A stretch of 64,000 nt of DNA, from assembly GCA_964252035.1 (NCBI GenBank), contig OZ176203.1, one strand, 5' to 3'. Source of the DNA: Podarcis erhardii. Taxonomy: Eukaryota. Position 1 is the stretch's first letter. Every line of letters starts with the position of its first letter. The notes under the pieces were generated by a model that was not told the DNA's origin, did not search any database, and saw nothing but the letters and a program-made list of their open reading frames with translations. A program made the translations under genes and the position numbers. Below, one piece after another: positions 38,391 through 50,700 of this stretch.

Positions 38391-40473
38391 CATGAAAGAA
38401 AACATCCCAGTCAAGCATTGACTAGAAACACACATTCTAGAACAGTCATGTTAGTCTGTAGTAGGATAGCTAGCTAGACAGATAGATAAAATCCAAAATT
38501 ACTGCAGCACTTCATTGAACATGTGGGGAAGGTAACAGGAAGATGCTCCTGCCTCTATTAGGCCCTCTGGCTATAACCCCTATATGCAACTGCATGTTTG
38601 GTGAAAAGAGCATGAAAAAGGGACTTCATTAATTGTTGTACCCAGGAGCATCCAATATACATGGGATAAAACAGTACTATGAGAGTAAAATGCTATGCAT
38701 TCTCATTCATTGTTTAAAACAGTATTAGGGCTGGTGCACCAATTCCATCCAGACTGCCATCATTTCCACATGGGATTCAATCACATAATGGCAAATTCAA
38801 GCAGAACAATTAAACCTTATTTGGTGCTTTTGTGAAGCAAATCCACTTCCCCAGAATGATAGAATTCTAGAGTTGGAAGGGACCCTCAGGGTCATCTAAT
38901 CCAACCCCCTGCAATTAATACTTTTTTCCAATAAGAAAAGTATCAGGAGTAATAATAATAATAATGTCAGAAGCTAAACCCAAGTTGACCTAAAAATAAC
39001 CAATATATATATAAAAATAAACAGTTTACATACTACTTTTTAAAATATATATATAATAAATAAAATGCATTTGCCAGCTTTACAAAACAAGCTTTCATTG
39101 TTTATGAACAGTTTTCTGCTGAAGATTATATCCTGTGACTTTGTTCCTTTGGGGTTTATTGTATGGATTGTATTGCGTGGGTACATGTTCTGTCTAGTGC
39201 AGTTGTGGTTGTGGTCAGTGGCTAAAAGAATAAAATGTTTTTTAAAGTGTATGGAAAATGCCCTGGGAATTACGAGATAACACTCAATCTTTCTGCAGAC
39301 AAATAAGTCTAAATGTTTTTAAAACAAATAATCTGAAAGCAACCTTCTTCTATGTGGCAACTGCTTTAAAATGTTCCAACCTTAAGCACTGCACAGGATT
39401 TACAGTCCCCTCTGGCACAACCCATCTGTTCCTAGGATCCTACCCCAGATGTGGAATTTAATGGGCAATAATCTAACTGTTTAAATGAAAGGCTGCATAG
39501 AGAGTTTCCATCTCTAGGTAACACTGAGCTTCAGGCACCAGAAAATTCTTCCTAAGGAAGGAAGACTGGGGTGTTGGGTAGGGGAAGTTAAGGACCTGAA
39601 CCACCCACCATATTTGGTGAACATTTAGCTAGCAAATCCATAATAAGTATTTCTGGTCATGTAGCTTTGAGGAAGTCCTTGTGGATAGGGATGCTTGTTA
39701 GACTAGAGACTGCTAGGTAAAAAAAATAAAACAGGCATATTATATAAAATGCATAAATTGCCTTCTTTTCATTTCTCAGGAACACTCTGGCAAAAACAAG
39801 ATGTCCTGCCAGGGACAATATTGGTTAGTTTGCAGTCAGGTAGCTGTAAATATGCTGGTTATAATCAGAGCTCTCTGGTCTTTGCCTCATATTCAAGGTT
39901 TTCTTTCCTCACAGTTAAGTTAAAAACTGCATCTTAAACAAAAATTTTTAAAACCAAACAAATATAGTTTGGTTTGCAGACTGAGGTTTGCTGTTGGGAG
40001 CAGCTTAAAATATCTCTTATGAGTGGCACTGGTTTTTTTATTTAAAAAAATATCAGGACTCCATAGATGGGAAGTTTTTCTCACACGATACAGTCTGGCT
40101 GAAAGCTGAATCTTTGGTTCTAGTATGAAGAGCTCTGACTTGCTGGATAGGACCACTAGATGGCATTGACCACCCTACGATTGCCAGATGAAACAAAGGA
40201 ACAAGGCTCCTGTGCTTTTACTGGTTATTAAGAAAGTAGCATTTTGGTAGCTGCAGCATCTTGAACAACTGTATCACTAGAGGAGCAATATCAGCTCCCT
40301 TCTACCTGAGCTGTTTCAAGCACAAGAGGCCTAGACTTACACTTACTGTCAATTGGTGTAAGATACCTGATTGAGAACAGGGATGTTCACACATTGCATT
40401 CAACGAGCATATAATCTGTGTACAAAATACTGTATACTCATACAGTAATTCACATGTAATGTTCAACAAGTGT

Positions 40474-40803
40474 AAGGTAAAAGGTAATGGTAAAGGACCT
40501 CTGGATGATTAAGTCCAATCAAAGGTGACTATGAGGTGCGGCGCTCATCTTGCTTGCAGGCTGAGGGAGCCAATGTTTGTCCAAGACAGTTTTCCGGGTC
40601 ATGTGGCCAGCATGACTAAACAACTATTTCTCCACCGCAGCGGTACCTATTTATCTACTTGCACTGATAGGCTTGTGAACTGCTAGATTGGCAGAAGCTG
40701 GGACAGAGCAATGGGAGCTCACCCCATTGAGCAGATTCAAACCACTGACCTTCCAACTGGCAAGCCCAAGAGGCTCAGTGGTTTAGACCACAGCGCCACC
40801 CAC
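40474..40803 (-). mobile_element. Sauria SINE, older copy
   Basis: (aaaggt)n tail on the left, ggtggcgctgtggtctaaacc head on the right. Confidence 0.85.
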
Positions 40804-41258
40804 ATCCCTTCAATGAGTGTACAGTCCATGTGCCAGTGTACACAATAGCTGAGCTGTTCACACATGGATAGAGACAGCTTATAATTGTGTTCAGTGCAAC
40901 ATGTGAACCTGCATGTTTGCCTACTGCATGTTTGCCTATTACTTTCTGGACTCCTTTACATATTTTGAGATAGAAGAACCCACATGATGCAACTTTCTTT
41001 TTCAACCTGTAGACACAACATTCTTTTTCAACTGCCTGAGGTATCAGAAAGCAAGCTTCCTAAAACCTTTGCAAATACACCTTGGACCAGACAAAGTTTC
41101 CTTTAACATAGTTCCTTACTCTCTTGCCCTCTCCAAAGCAAGGGTCACCACCCTTAAGGCAGGCCTCTCATGCCCACCAGTGCTTTTCAGGAGGACTACA
41201 ACTCTCTTGTTGGACTAGAAGATGGTCCCTTCCAACTCTATGATTCTAACCCTCTTAA

Positions 41259-41542
41259 AGGTAAAGGGTAAAGGGGCCGCTGACCATTAGGTCCAGTCGT
41301 GACCAACTCTGGGGTTGCGGCACTCATCTTGCTTTATTGGCCAAGGGAGCCGACGTACAGCTTCCGGGTCATGTGGCCAGCATGACTAAGCCGCTTCTGG
41401 TGAACCAGAGAAGTGCACGGAAACACCGTTTACCTTCCCGCCGAAGCAGTACCTATTTATCTACTTGCACTTTGACGTGCTTTCAAACTGCTAGGTTGAC
41501 AGGAGCAGGGACCGAGCAACGGGAGCTCACCCCGTCGTGGGG
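41259..41542 (-). mobile_element. 5'-truncated Sauria SINE
   Basis: 14-bp TSD tctaaccctcttaa (41245-58, 41543-56). Confidence 0.9.
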
Positions 41543-44500
41543 TCTAACCCTCTTAACTTCTGCCAGTTACCAATGATGACATCTTTGTTACATCTGCCTG
41601 TCAGCCCTTGCATTAATAAGAACCATGGAAAAGTTAATTTTGGGGTAAGAAAGCACTAGAGAACCAGACTGAGAAGTAATACAGTTTTTCACTTAGCGAA
41701 CAATAGAAAACTAAACTAAGCATAAGAAGTTACAAAAGCCCTAATATGAATGGCCATTTGAGCTCTGCCACCTGAGATCCTTTTAAAGCAAGAATGTCTG
41801 GGATTGCACCTGGACTCCTGTGCATGCCAAATACTTGCTCTGCCACTGACCTACAGCCAAATTGCCTGAATACAGCAATCCAGGCACCAGGCAACTTCCC
41901 CCACCGCCAGGAGTGTTTGCTCTCTGTGGGGCACATGGGAGTCTGCAGGGGTGGAGAGGGAAAGTCTGTCATATCAGCAGATTTCTACCTGTGCAACACT
42001 GAGCATCACCCACTGGGTTTTTGGTTTGTCAGGGCATAAAGTTAATAAGCTATGGTGAAATACACTGTGTTTTATTAAGGGGAGTTCTAAGGGCTTGAGA
42101 TCAACACTTACTGTCAAATTTAAAACTAATATTTGCCATGCATGCATATTTATTATTAAAGACCTTTCACAATTTTTGCCAGCTCATCCTGGTTGTAAGC
42201 AACTGTAATTATAGAATATTTTGCTTTTCTATAAATTATTAAATGATTCTGATTTACTGCTTCTTCCCATATGAGGAAAAATCAGTTTTAAAAAGTTTGA
42301 AATATTTGTTGCTGATAGTTTCAGTATACTACAACCAGAAACATAAGACATAATCACATGTAAAAGCAATACTTGTATTATACTCTCAGTTGTAATGAAT
42401 CACTACCTACAACAGTAATAAACAAAATTTACAAATAGCCATATATATTGGAATACCTAATGATTATTTTGTGGTGCACGCACCCCAGATCTTTATTTTC
42501 TTCTATGTATGTTAGCTATTGCATTACATTATATTATCGTCTGACACAAATTTAAGGATGTCGGTGCCATGGTTCATGTGATAGGTGCTGCACAAAAATG
42601 GTCAGCTGCCATTTTGAAAAATGGCTCCCACAGACTTATGGCAAGCCGCACATGATGTCTAATCTATGAAGCAAAGTCATGCTGAGCAAAGGTCAGTTTC
42701 CAGCAATGCAGAGGTCAAAGGGCAAAAGGGAATTAAGTAAGTGTGTGGCACCCTGGACAGATCCAAGCAGCGCCTAGGCTCTTAAGCAACAAGGCAGGCT
42801 TGAGCGAGTGCCGAAAACTAGCAAATCTAGGAGCTTCCTTTGAGCAGCTAGCTACATGCCTATTAAGTGGAGTCTGATAAAGAAGCCCAGCCTGTTTTAA
42901 GAGCTGTGGACTCCCACAGTACAAGGGATGCTATAGTTCTACTAAACTTCAGTCACTGGTGTCTGAAGTCAGTCTTTAGGGTGGAGATGTGCTGTCACTA
43001 TAGACTCCTATGGTGCTTGCATTTCCTAGAAGGAAGGGGCTTCAATGATTGTGGTTTAGAGCGCACATTCTCTTCCCAGTCCAAGATGTCCTATGAATAT
43101 ATGGGCTCTTCCCCTGAAGATGAGGATTCAAAGCCCTGGGTTATGACACCAGGACAGTAAGAAATAGAGACTAAAGATACATTGCAACATTTTGCTCCAG
43201 TCCTCACTGATCTGTGTGCTAGTAATCATTTTTCCTAGGCATATGTTGACCATATATGTGGCGATTCAAATGTAAGTACAAATATCTTCACAGCTACATT
43301 GAAATTTATTTATGTGTGTTCGTCTGACACACATTCTCATGCCTAGAAATATTATATCCCTGCCCAGATAGTAATATTGAGCAAGCTGGCAACAAATCAC
43401 ATCCATGTTTCTTCCAGCAGCTGCTTAAGGAAATGGAGGCTCCGCAGTGAGGCCCAGCCCATGTTTCAGTAAGCTAATAAACTGGATTGAATATGAAGAA
43501 GGGTGGCAGGAAAACAGATGTAAGAGGTTTTCACAGGACTAACCAGGAAAGAACTGGTGCTAATAATTTTCTTGGGCTTGAAAGGGAAACCAGAGGACTC
43601 CTGTTTTATGACTAGCACACTGCATGCTGAATTTCAGAAGGCCTTCCAGTAATGAGATCAGGCAGTTGCCAGACAGGCACTCCTACCCTGGTAGCTGGGG
43701 ATTAATGGCACTTCTATATTAAGTGTTGGTAACCATAAGTTTGATGTAGAATGAAGTATTTATTATGTTATTGCAAGGGCTATATACAAAGAAACTGTGA
43801 GTTCCCATAAACATTTTTTCATTGATATGAGCAAGATGAACATTTCTTGAAAGGGAATTTGGGCTTTTTTTTTCTTTTTTCTTTCTTTCATGAGTTGAGT
43901 TTTGCCCTAACAGGCCTGGAAACTGAGGGCCTCTATTTTATACAGACAAAAAATAGAAATATTTTACATTTTATCAGGCCAGCTTTTTCTTTTTTTTTTT
44001 GCCTAGAGTAAAACTCAGTGGAGCTTGAAAATTAAACATTTTGGCCCAGTCTGCACATTACCCTAAACCATGCTGCACAAATTGAAACAAAGCCAAAGTA
44101 TTTTGCCGGGTTGTTGTGCCATATGAAGCACCCAATTTGTCCACTCAACAAACACTGGAAAAATTATTGTGTCCCTTATAATTTGCTAAAAGGCTTATGT
44201 CCTAGGGCAGGAATAGCTAAAGTGGTTCTCTAGATGTTGTTGAACTCCATTAGCCCCAGGCAACACATCAAATAGTCAGGGATGATGGGTGGAATAGCCC
44301 CAAAATGTCTGGAGGGCACCATGTTGGCTAGCCATGTTCTGGAGTTACATGAACTCTTTAAAAAGCCAGCGTGGATTCTTGATTATGATTATGATGATAA
44401 CTTGATCTATTCACAGCTAGGCCAGAGATGTCCAGTACTGACTGCCCTTTTTTTCTCTTTCAGACACAGGCACCTTGCTGACACCACTGCCAGCAAGGGG

Positions 44501-44714
44501 AGGGGAAAACATCTGCCCTTCTCTTCTTTCCTTCCAGAAGGGTCTTCCCCATTTCCCTAGCTTACATTACAAAGCAGATACTTAACTGACCTGGCTAAGC
44601 TATTTACATACAAAGAAACTTGTTAAGTTGTGGGTTGACATAGCAGACGACACAGCGATTTCTCCAAAGCAGCTCTTTATTTTGTAAGCTGGAATAGAAC
44701 TGACTGCAAATAGC

Positions 44715-44893
44715 CAGTGGCGTAGCGTGGGTTGTCAGCACCCGGGGCAAGGCAAGTAATTTGCGCCCCCTAACCCATGGATTTGCGCCCCCAACCCGTG
44801 GATTTGCGCCCCCTAACCCGTGGATTTGCCCTAACCCCAGATGTTGCGCCCGGTGCGGCCGGCCCCCCCTGCACCCCCCACGCTACGCCACTG
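44715..44893. mobile_element. Young hAT MITE copy 2, inserted in the 3' LTR
   Basis: 17-bp TIR; TSD caaatagc (44707-14, 44894-901); the other LTR has a single caaatagc. Confidence 0.97.
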
Positions 44894-45052
44894 CAAATAG
44901 CTCAGCCGGCCTGCTTTTATAGGCAGCTGGTTGTCAACATTGTAGCAACAACAACCCAGGGTTTCCCGCCTAAAATAACTGACGTGGACCTGAGTGAAAA
45001 CTATCTACAGTATCCCCCTGCTGGCCCAGGGTGAGAACTTCAGTACATAACA

Positions 45053-45064
45053 CCCCTCCCCACC
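45053..45064 (-). other. Polypurine tract of the Gypsy element
   Basis: ggtggggagggg on the minus strand directly before the 3' LTR. Confidence 0.85.
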
Positions 45065-45164
45065 GAGATAAGGTGTTAGTTACAATCGTAATGGTTTCCT
45101 TATATACAGCACTACATGTAATGTTCAATTAGGCACAAAAGCATATCGGTTACATTTCCCATAC

Positions 45165-47554
45165 TTAGACCAACAGTGATACATGTCCAACAACATAGTC
45201 CTTTAAATAAGTCGGGCGCTTGGAAACTCTGCCAGACCGCCGGGGACTGGTAGCCAAGTCCGGGGGGCCACACAATTCTTGCTGAGGCTGTGGTGCGACC
45301 CTAGGTGGCGTTGAAACCAAATCCCCTGGATCCGCTGCTGTGGGTGGAGCCTCCGCAAGTGGAGTGATCTGAGTCTGTGGTAAGTCTGGCAGACCCTCTG
45401 AAGCGGCTTGGTTCGGCTCCACGCTGGCAGTTTGCGAGGGAGATGTAGGTGGAGCCTCACCATCTGTAAGTGTCTCTTCTGGAGCCACGAGCGCAGTTGG
45501 GGGCACCACGGTAGTGTCCAAATCCCCAACTCTGCACCTAAGCTGGTCTATGTGCCGGCGCCACAAGCGTCCGTCTTCGAGTGCCACCTGGTACGAGCAA
45601 GGTCCAGTGACTCCCACTACTGTGGCTGGCACCCAAGGAATGTCCCCCACATAGTTCCGGGCAAAGACCTGGTTTCCTGGAATAAATGACCGTGGCGCGT
45701 TGGCACAGCCTGGGGGTTCGGCCACGGCAAGTCCGGGTGCAGCCGGTCGAGCGGTGACCTGAGGCGGCGGCCCATGAGCAGTTAAGCAGGACTCCGCCCT
45801 GTGGCCGCATGAGGGGTGATGTGTTGCACGAACAAGTATTCGGCGACCCGCTCATGCCAGTCTCCCCGGTCCAGGCGCGCCAGTGCCTCTTTTGCCGAGT
45901 GCACCATTCTCTCCGCTTGCCCGTTGCTGGATGGATGAAAGGGTGCCGTTAGGGCATGGCGGATGCCCAGTCCCAAAAGATACCGCTCAAAAGTGCCTGA
46001 TGTGAACTGCGGTCCGTTGTCGGAGACAAGGACATCAGGATACCCATGCGTCGCAAACAGGCCTCGCAGCACCCGGATGACAGCCTCGGTAGTGGTGGAG
46101 GGCATCAGGGCGACCTCCAGCCATTTGGAATAGGCGTCCACCACTACCATAAAGGTCCGTCCGTGAAAGGGGCCAGCCAGATCGATGTGCACCCTCGACC
46201 AGGGTGTCTTTGGCGTCTCTCAGGTGTGTCCCTTAGCTGCCGGTGGTGCAGGCCTCGACTCTTGGCACGCTTGACAGGCGGACACCCAGGCAGTGATGGC
46301 ATCGTCCATGTTAGGCCACCAGACGTAACACCGAGCCAACGCCTTCATTTTGACAATTCCCGGGTGGCCAACATGCAGAGCCTTCAGGACGTGCTGACGG
46401 AGTCCCTGGGGAATCATGACACGGTCTCCCCACAGCAGACAGCCACGATGAGCCGAGAGTTCATGTTGTCTGGTTGCGAAGGGCTGGAACTCCAATGCAA
46501 AAGGCCCTTGTGGCCACCCCCTCCATACCCAGTTGAGCACCCGGCTGATGGTGCTATCCTGGGCAGATGCGGAGGCTACAGTGGCAGCCGATACAGGCGC
46601 TGCCGGAAGATCCTCAATCAGGAGGAGTGATGAAGCTGGAGCCGGGTCTTCCACAAATGCTGGAAGAGGGCAACGGCTGAGGGCGTCGGCATGGCCCATC
46701 GATTTCCCCGGGTGATGGACGAGCCGGTAGTGGTAGGCAGCCAGGAAAACAGTCCATCGCAGCATGCGTGGCGAGAGGACCGGTGGAGTTGGACGATCAC
46801 CAGCGAGGAGGCCCAGGAGCGGCTTGTGGTCAGTGATGAGGTCAAAAGTCCTGCCATAGAGGTATTCATGGAACCTCTTCACTCCAGCCACAAGTGCCAG
46901 TGCCTCCTTGTCGAGCTAGCTGTAATTCCGTTCCGTCGGAGATAGCGTCCTGGAAAAGTAGGCGAGCGGTGCTTCTCTTCCGTCTGGAAAACGGTGACTA
47001 AGGACAGCACTGATGCCAAAAGGTGAGGCGTCGCAGGCAAGGACCAACGGCCTGGCTTCACTGTACTGTACCAACACACTGTCCGATGAAAGGAGAGCCT
47101 TGACCGCGCTGAAGGCTGCCGTCTCCCGATGACCCCAGGACCAAGGCGTCTTTGTGCTGAGGAGTCGGTGAAGAGGCTCAGCCACCGTGGCTTTGTTGGG
47201 CAGGAACATGTTATAAAAGTTCAGCAGCCCCAGGAACGCCCGCAACTCCGTCTTGTTCTTTGGGATGGGGGCCTGCTGGATAGCGCGGATCTTGGATGGC
47301 TTTGGCGCATAGTGGTTGCGGAGCGTCTCTTGGATCGTGTCCCATGGTGTTGTCTGGACTGCTTCAGGCGCAACCAATGCTCGGGCCGTCTCAAACACCT
47401 CAGGCCCACAGAGGCTGAGGAATAGGCCCCGCTTCCGTTCCTTTGATACTGCTGTCAGCTCGTTGGCTTAGAGGTAGCAGTCGAACCGAGCGAGGTAGGA
47501 GTCCCATGATTCAGAGGCTGGCGCAAACGGCGGTAGAGGCACAAGTGAAGCCAT
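45165..47554 (-). pseudogene. Disrupted gag-pol fusion: gag N-terminus joined to RT thumb, RNase H and integrase
   Basis: ATG 47554 MASLVPLPPF...WDSYLARF; LACDAS and DHKPL (RNase H); HVGH...CQAC zinc finger; HIDLAGP, SDNGPQF, SNGQAER (integrase). Stops at 47468, 46916, 46220 and 45782, frameshift near 45730. Confidence 0.93.
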
Positions 47555-47730
47555 GATTCCGATGCCGGCGTGAAGGGCGATGGATGGAACACAGTGCTCT
47601 AGCCAGAACAGTCAGCTCTGAATTGGTTCTGTCCAGTGATTTCGCTCAGTGATTTCGCTCTGTGATTCAGCTCAGTGATTCAGCTCAGTTCAGAGGCTGG
47701 CCGCATCTGGCTGTGCTCTGATGTCCATCG

Positions 47731-47748
47731 ATCCCACCTTCGTCGCCA
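47731..47748 (-). other. Primer-binding site complementary to the tRNA-Ser(GCT) 3' end
   Basis: Minus strand TGGCGACGAAGGTGGGAT one base after the 5' LTR; the plus strand reads atcccaccttcgtcgCCA, the recalled 3' end of vertebrate tRNA-Ser(GCT). Confidence 0.8.
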
Positions 47749-50700
47749 GTGTTAAGTTGTGGGTTGACATAGCAGACGACACAGCGATTTCTCCAAAGCA
47801 GCTCTTTATTTTGTAAGCTGGAATAGAACTGACTGCAAATAGCTCAGCCGGCCTGCTTTTATAGGCAGCCGGTTGTCAACATTGTAGCAACAACAACCCA
47901 GGGTTTCCTGCCTAAAATAACTGACGTGGACCTGAGTGAAAACTATCTACAGTATCCCCCTGCTGGCCCAGGGTGAGAACTTCAGTACATAACAAAACTA
48001 ATTTGACAATTTCAGCAGTCTATCTTTGTGTGGAAGCCAGTTTTACAGCCAAGATTGGGGAGGGGGACCCCAAAAACAATTTAGTTTCACCTCAAGCTCA
48101 TTGAGATATTTTGTCTTTCTTTGCCGGTTGTAAATAAGAGCATATAAGATGGTAAAGAGAGCCCTACTGGATCAGATGAAAGTGCCATCTATTCCAGCAT
48201 CATGCCCTCTCAGTGGACAATCAGATGCCTGTGGGAGGCCTACAAGCAGGTCATGAGTCCTCTCCCAATAGAGATTCCCAGTTACAAGGTAGGGAAATAA
48301 ATAAATGAGGCTTACTGAAATTGCTGTCGGTGGGGGGAAGGGAACAGAAGAAATTTGGATAGAATATTAGTAGTCCTACCTCTTCTAAAATCTAACCTTA
48401 AAATTCTGGCAGCCATTTTGAAATCTGTGGTGCTTTTGACAAACTTGTTTGTAAGTCGCACTTACATGAACAAAGAGCATGTACTTTTCCAAATCAGCAT
48501 TTCTGCAGCATTTTCATGCCAAAACAACTTGGTTCTCATTTCGTTTCATATTTTTTTTACACAAAACCATCTGTATTTTCATATTTTAATCCATTCTTGC
48601 CAAGTCAACTTCATTCTTGTGGTCAAAACATACAGGCATGACAGCCAAACCATCCATAGTCTCATGACATTTCAATTTTTATCTTGCCAGCCCATCTCCA
48701 TTCTTGTGGGCCAAACATGCACATGTAAGAATGGTTTCAGTGCGGCTATAAGAGAAAAGCATATGAACAAGCATAAAAATAATTTATATCTGATACTCTT
48801 CTTGGAATATTAGATTGAACTAGATGTCAGACTCTAAAAGAGTCCTAACTCACAGCTAGTGTTTAAAATAAAGGAACTCAGGTGGGTTTCTCTGTTGTCA
48901 GCTCATAGCATTTTTATAATTACAAGCCATGGAGAAAACTGCATAGCCTTTTGAGGCTGAAATCACCAGTGGCCTAAACTGGTTTGCTGTTGTTTTAAAA
49001 GGGGGGGGGATGTTTTAAAAGAAAAAAAATATTATGGCTGAAATTCTTGCATGTGATTCTTAAGCAGCAGAACACTACAGAATGGAAAGGGTTGGTAGCT
49101 GCAGTTATGAAAGCTGGATGAGTCACAGTTGAGTTATTTTTTCATAAGCGTTCTCTACACAAATATAATTTTGTTTATATTCTCCTGGAGGGTTGGTAGG
49201 AGAAGAGGGTCTCATTGAGATGAATGATCTAAAAGGCCTACTGGCCTGCTTGGAATGTGCTAAAATGATACCAAATATCAGGGAGATTAGATGGTGCCAA
49301 ATAAACGATACGAAATAGCAGAGAGGTTCATTCCTTACATGCCATTTCTACCTCCTCCAGCACTCAAGTTTTGTTCCTTATCCTTCTGGAAACATTCCAG
49401 AACCCAGGTAATTCAGGGATTCAAGGATTTAGACGGGTCACTGATCTTTGTTATGCCATCCTGATGTGCATGTTAAAAATCCCAATTGCAGCTGGCGACA
49501 AAGAGATGCTATAAAGCTATATTCCACATGGCTCAGAATTAACTGACAGGAGGAGTCCACGGGCATGAGGTAATTTCACATTAAGAGGGCAAGGGACCTA
49601 ATAATTTCGTTATTTGGTACTATAGACTCTAGGCAATATACAATAATTCTATCCACTCACCATCTATATCATGATAGAAACAAGCACAGCTTTGACAAGG
49701 GTTTAGTACAGGAGTGGTTGACCTGTGACTCATCAGGTACTGTTGGATTGCAACCTCCATCAGCCCCAGCCAATGTGACCAATGGGGGAAAATGATGGGA
49801 ACTTTAGCCCAACGATACCTGGAGGACCACAGCTTGGTCACCCCTGGTTTAGAATGAGCTCACCCTCCCAAGAAGAACTTCTGCAGCCTCCTAAAGAAGA
49901 CCAGCCTCCAACAGTGATAGCAGGTGGTAAGAGGGATTTCAGCAGGTCAGAAAACAATTTTGAAGTTTTAAGTTTGTAATGATTGCATTTAATAGATATG
50001 TTGATCACAGGTAATTCACCAAGTGCATGTTTCATCTATAATATTCACTATAATATCAGCAATTCTGAGAGATTTTATAAGCTTGTAGTTGGCGATTCCC
50101 AACATAGTCAGTAAATGTGGGGGCATGCCTGGATTTTACACATCCTTATATACAGTACTTGCATAAGGAATTGGGATCTGAAATTCTTTTAATCTTCTTT
50201 ATGGGCATAAAGAGCTTGCTAATAAAATTCTGATTCAGGGAGAATGACAACATTTCTTGTAACTTTGTGAATAATTAGACACTGGATTTGCTTAAGATCC
50301 AGCTGTTCAAGCCATCTGGCAAACCAGTTTGAGTGAAACCATCCAAGTGTACAAATGGAACTCAAATTAGTTATCATGGAAGTTACAGCATAAGGGTGGA
50401 GTGCTCTTGCCACGTAATACATCACAGAGGCAGAATGGCTGTTAATTAAATCGGAATAATGCACAAATTTTAAAAGTGGGGAAAGGAAGAACAGAAACAG
50501 AACTAAATAGTTCTACAGCTGTCTTGTGATGGAAACAAAAGGTTTTTTGATTGAGGAAGTGCCTATTTCCACTCCTAAAATGTACGATCACAACAAATGC
50601 ACTCCGCCATCCCAAACTAGCACTGTACTGGAAGAATAGCCATATATTGCATTATATGTTGTGTAATTTTAGCTTATTGTGTCATTAATCTGCCTGTTCT

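Larger units (their letters stand above)
44621..47994 (-). mobile_element. Ty3/Gypsy LTR retrotransposon, internally deleted and non-autonomous
   Basis: TG...CA LTRs at 44621-45052 and 47750-47994, 5-bp TSD aaact (44616-20, 47995-99), PBS, PPT, gag/RNase H/integrase remnants. Confidence 0.97.

Noticed and set aside
38134-38421. Cys-rich 95-aa ORF resembling a metallothionein or toxin (DCTCATSCTEC)
   Set aside because: It lies almost wholly inside a TSD-flanked MITE; the Cys pattern comes from tgcac/tgt repeats; there is no signal peptide or splice context
48355-48813. 152-aa ORF, and the many other 60-130-aa ORFs between 31 and 64 kb
   Set aside because: No recognisable domains, no splice-consistent partners, composition like intergenic DNA; the number is about what six-frame chance gives with alternative starts
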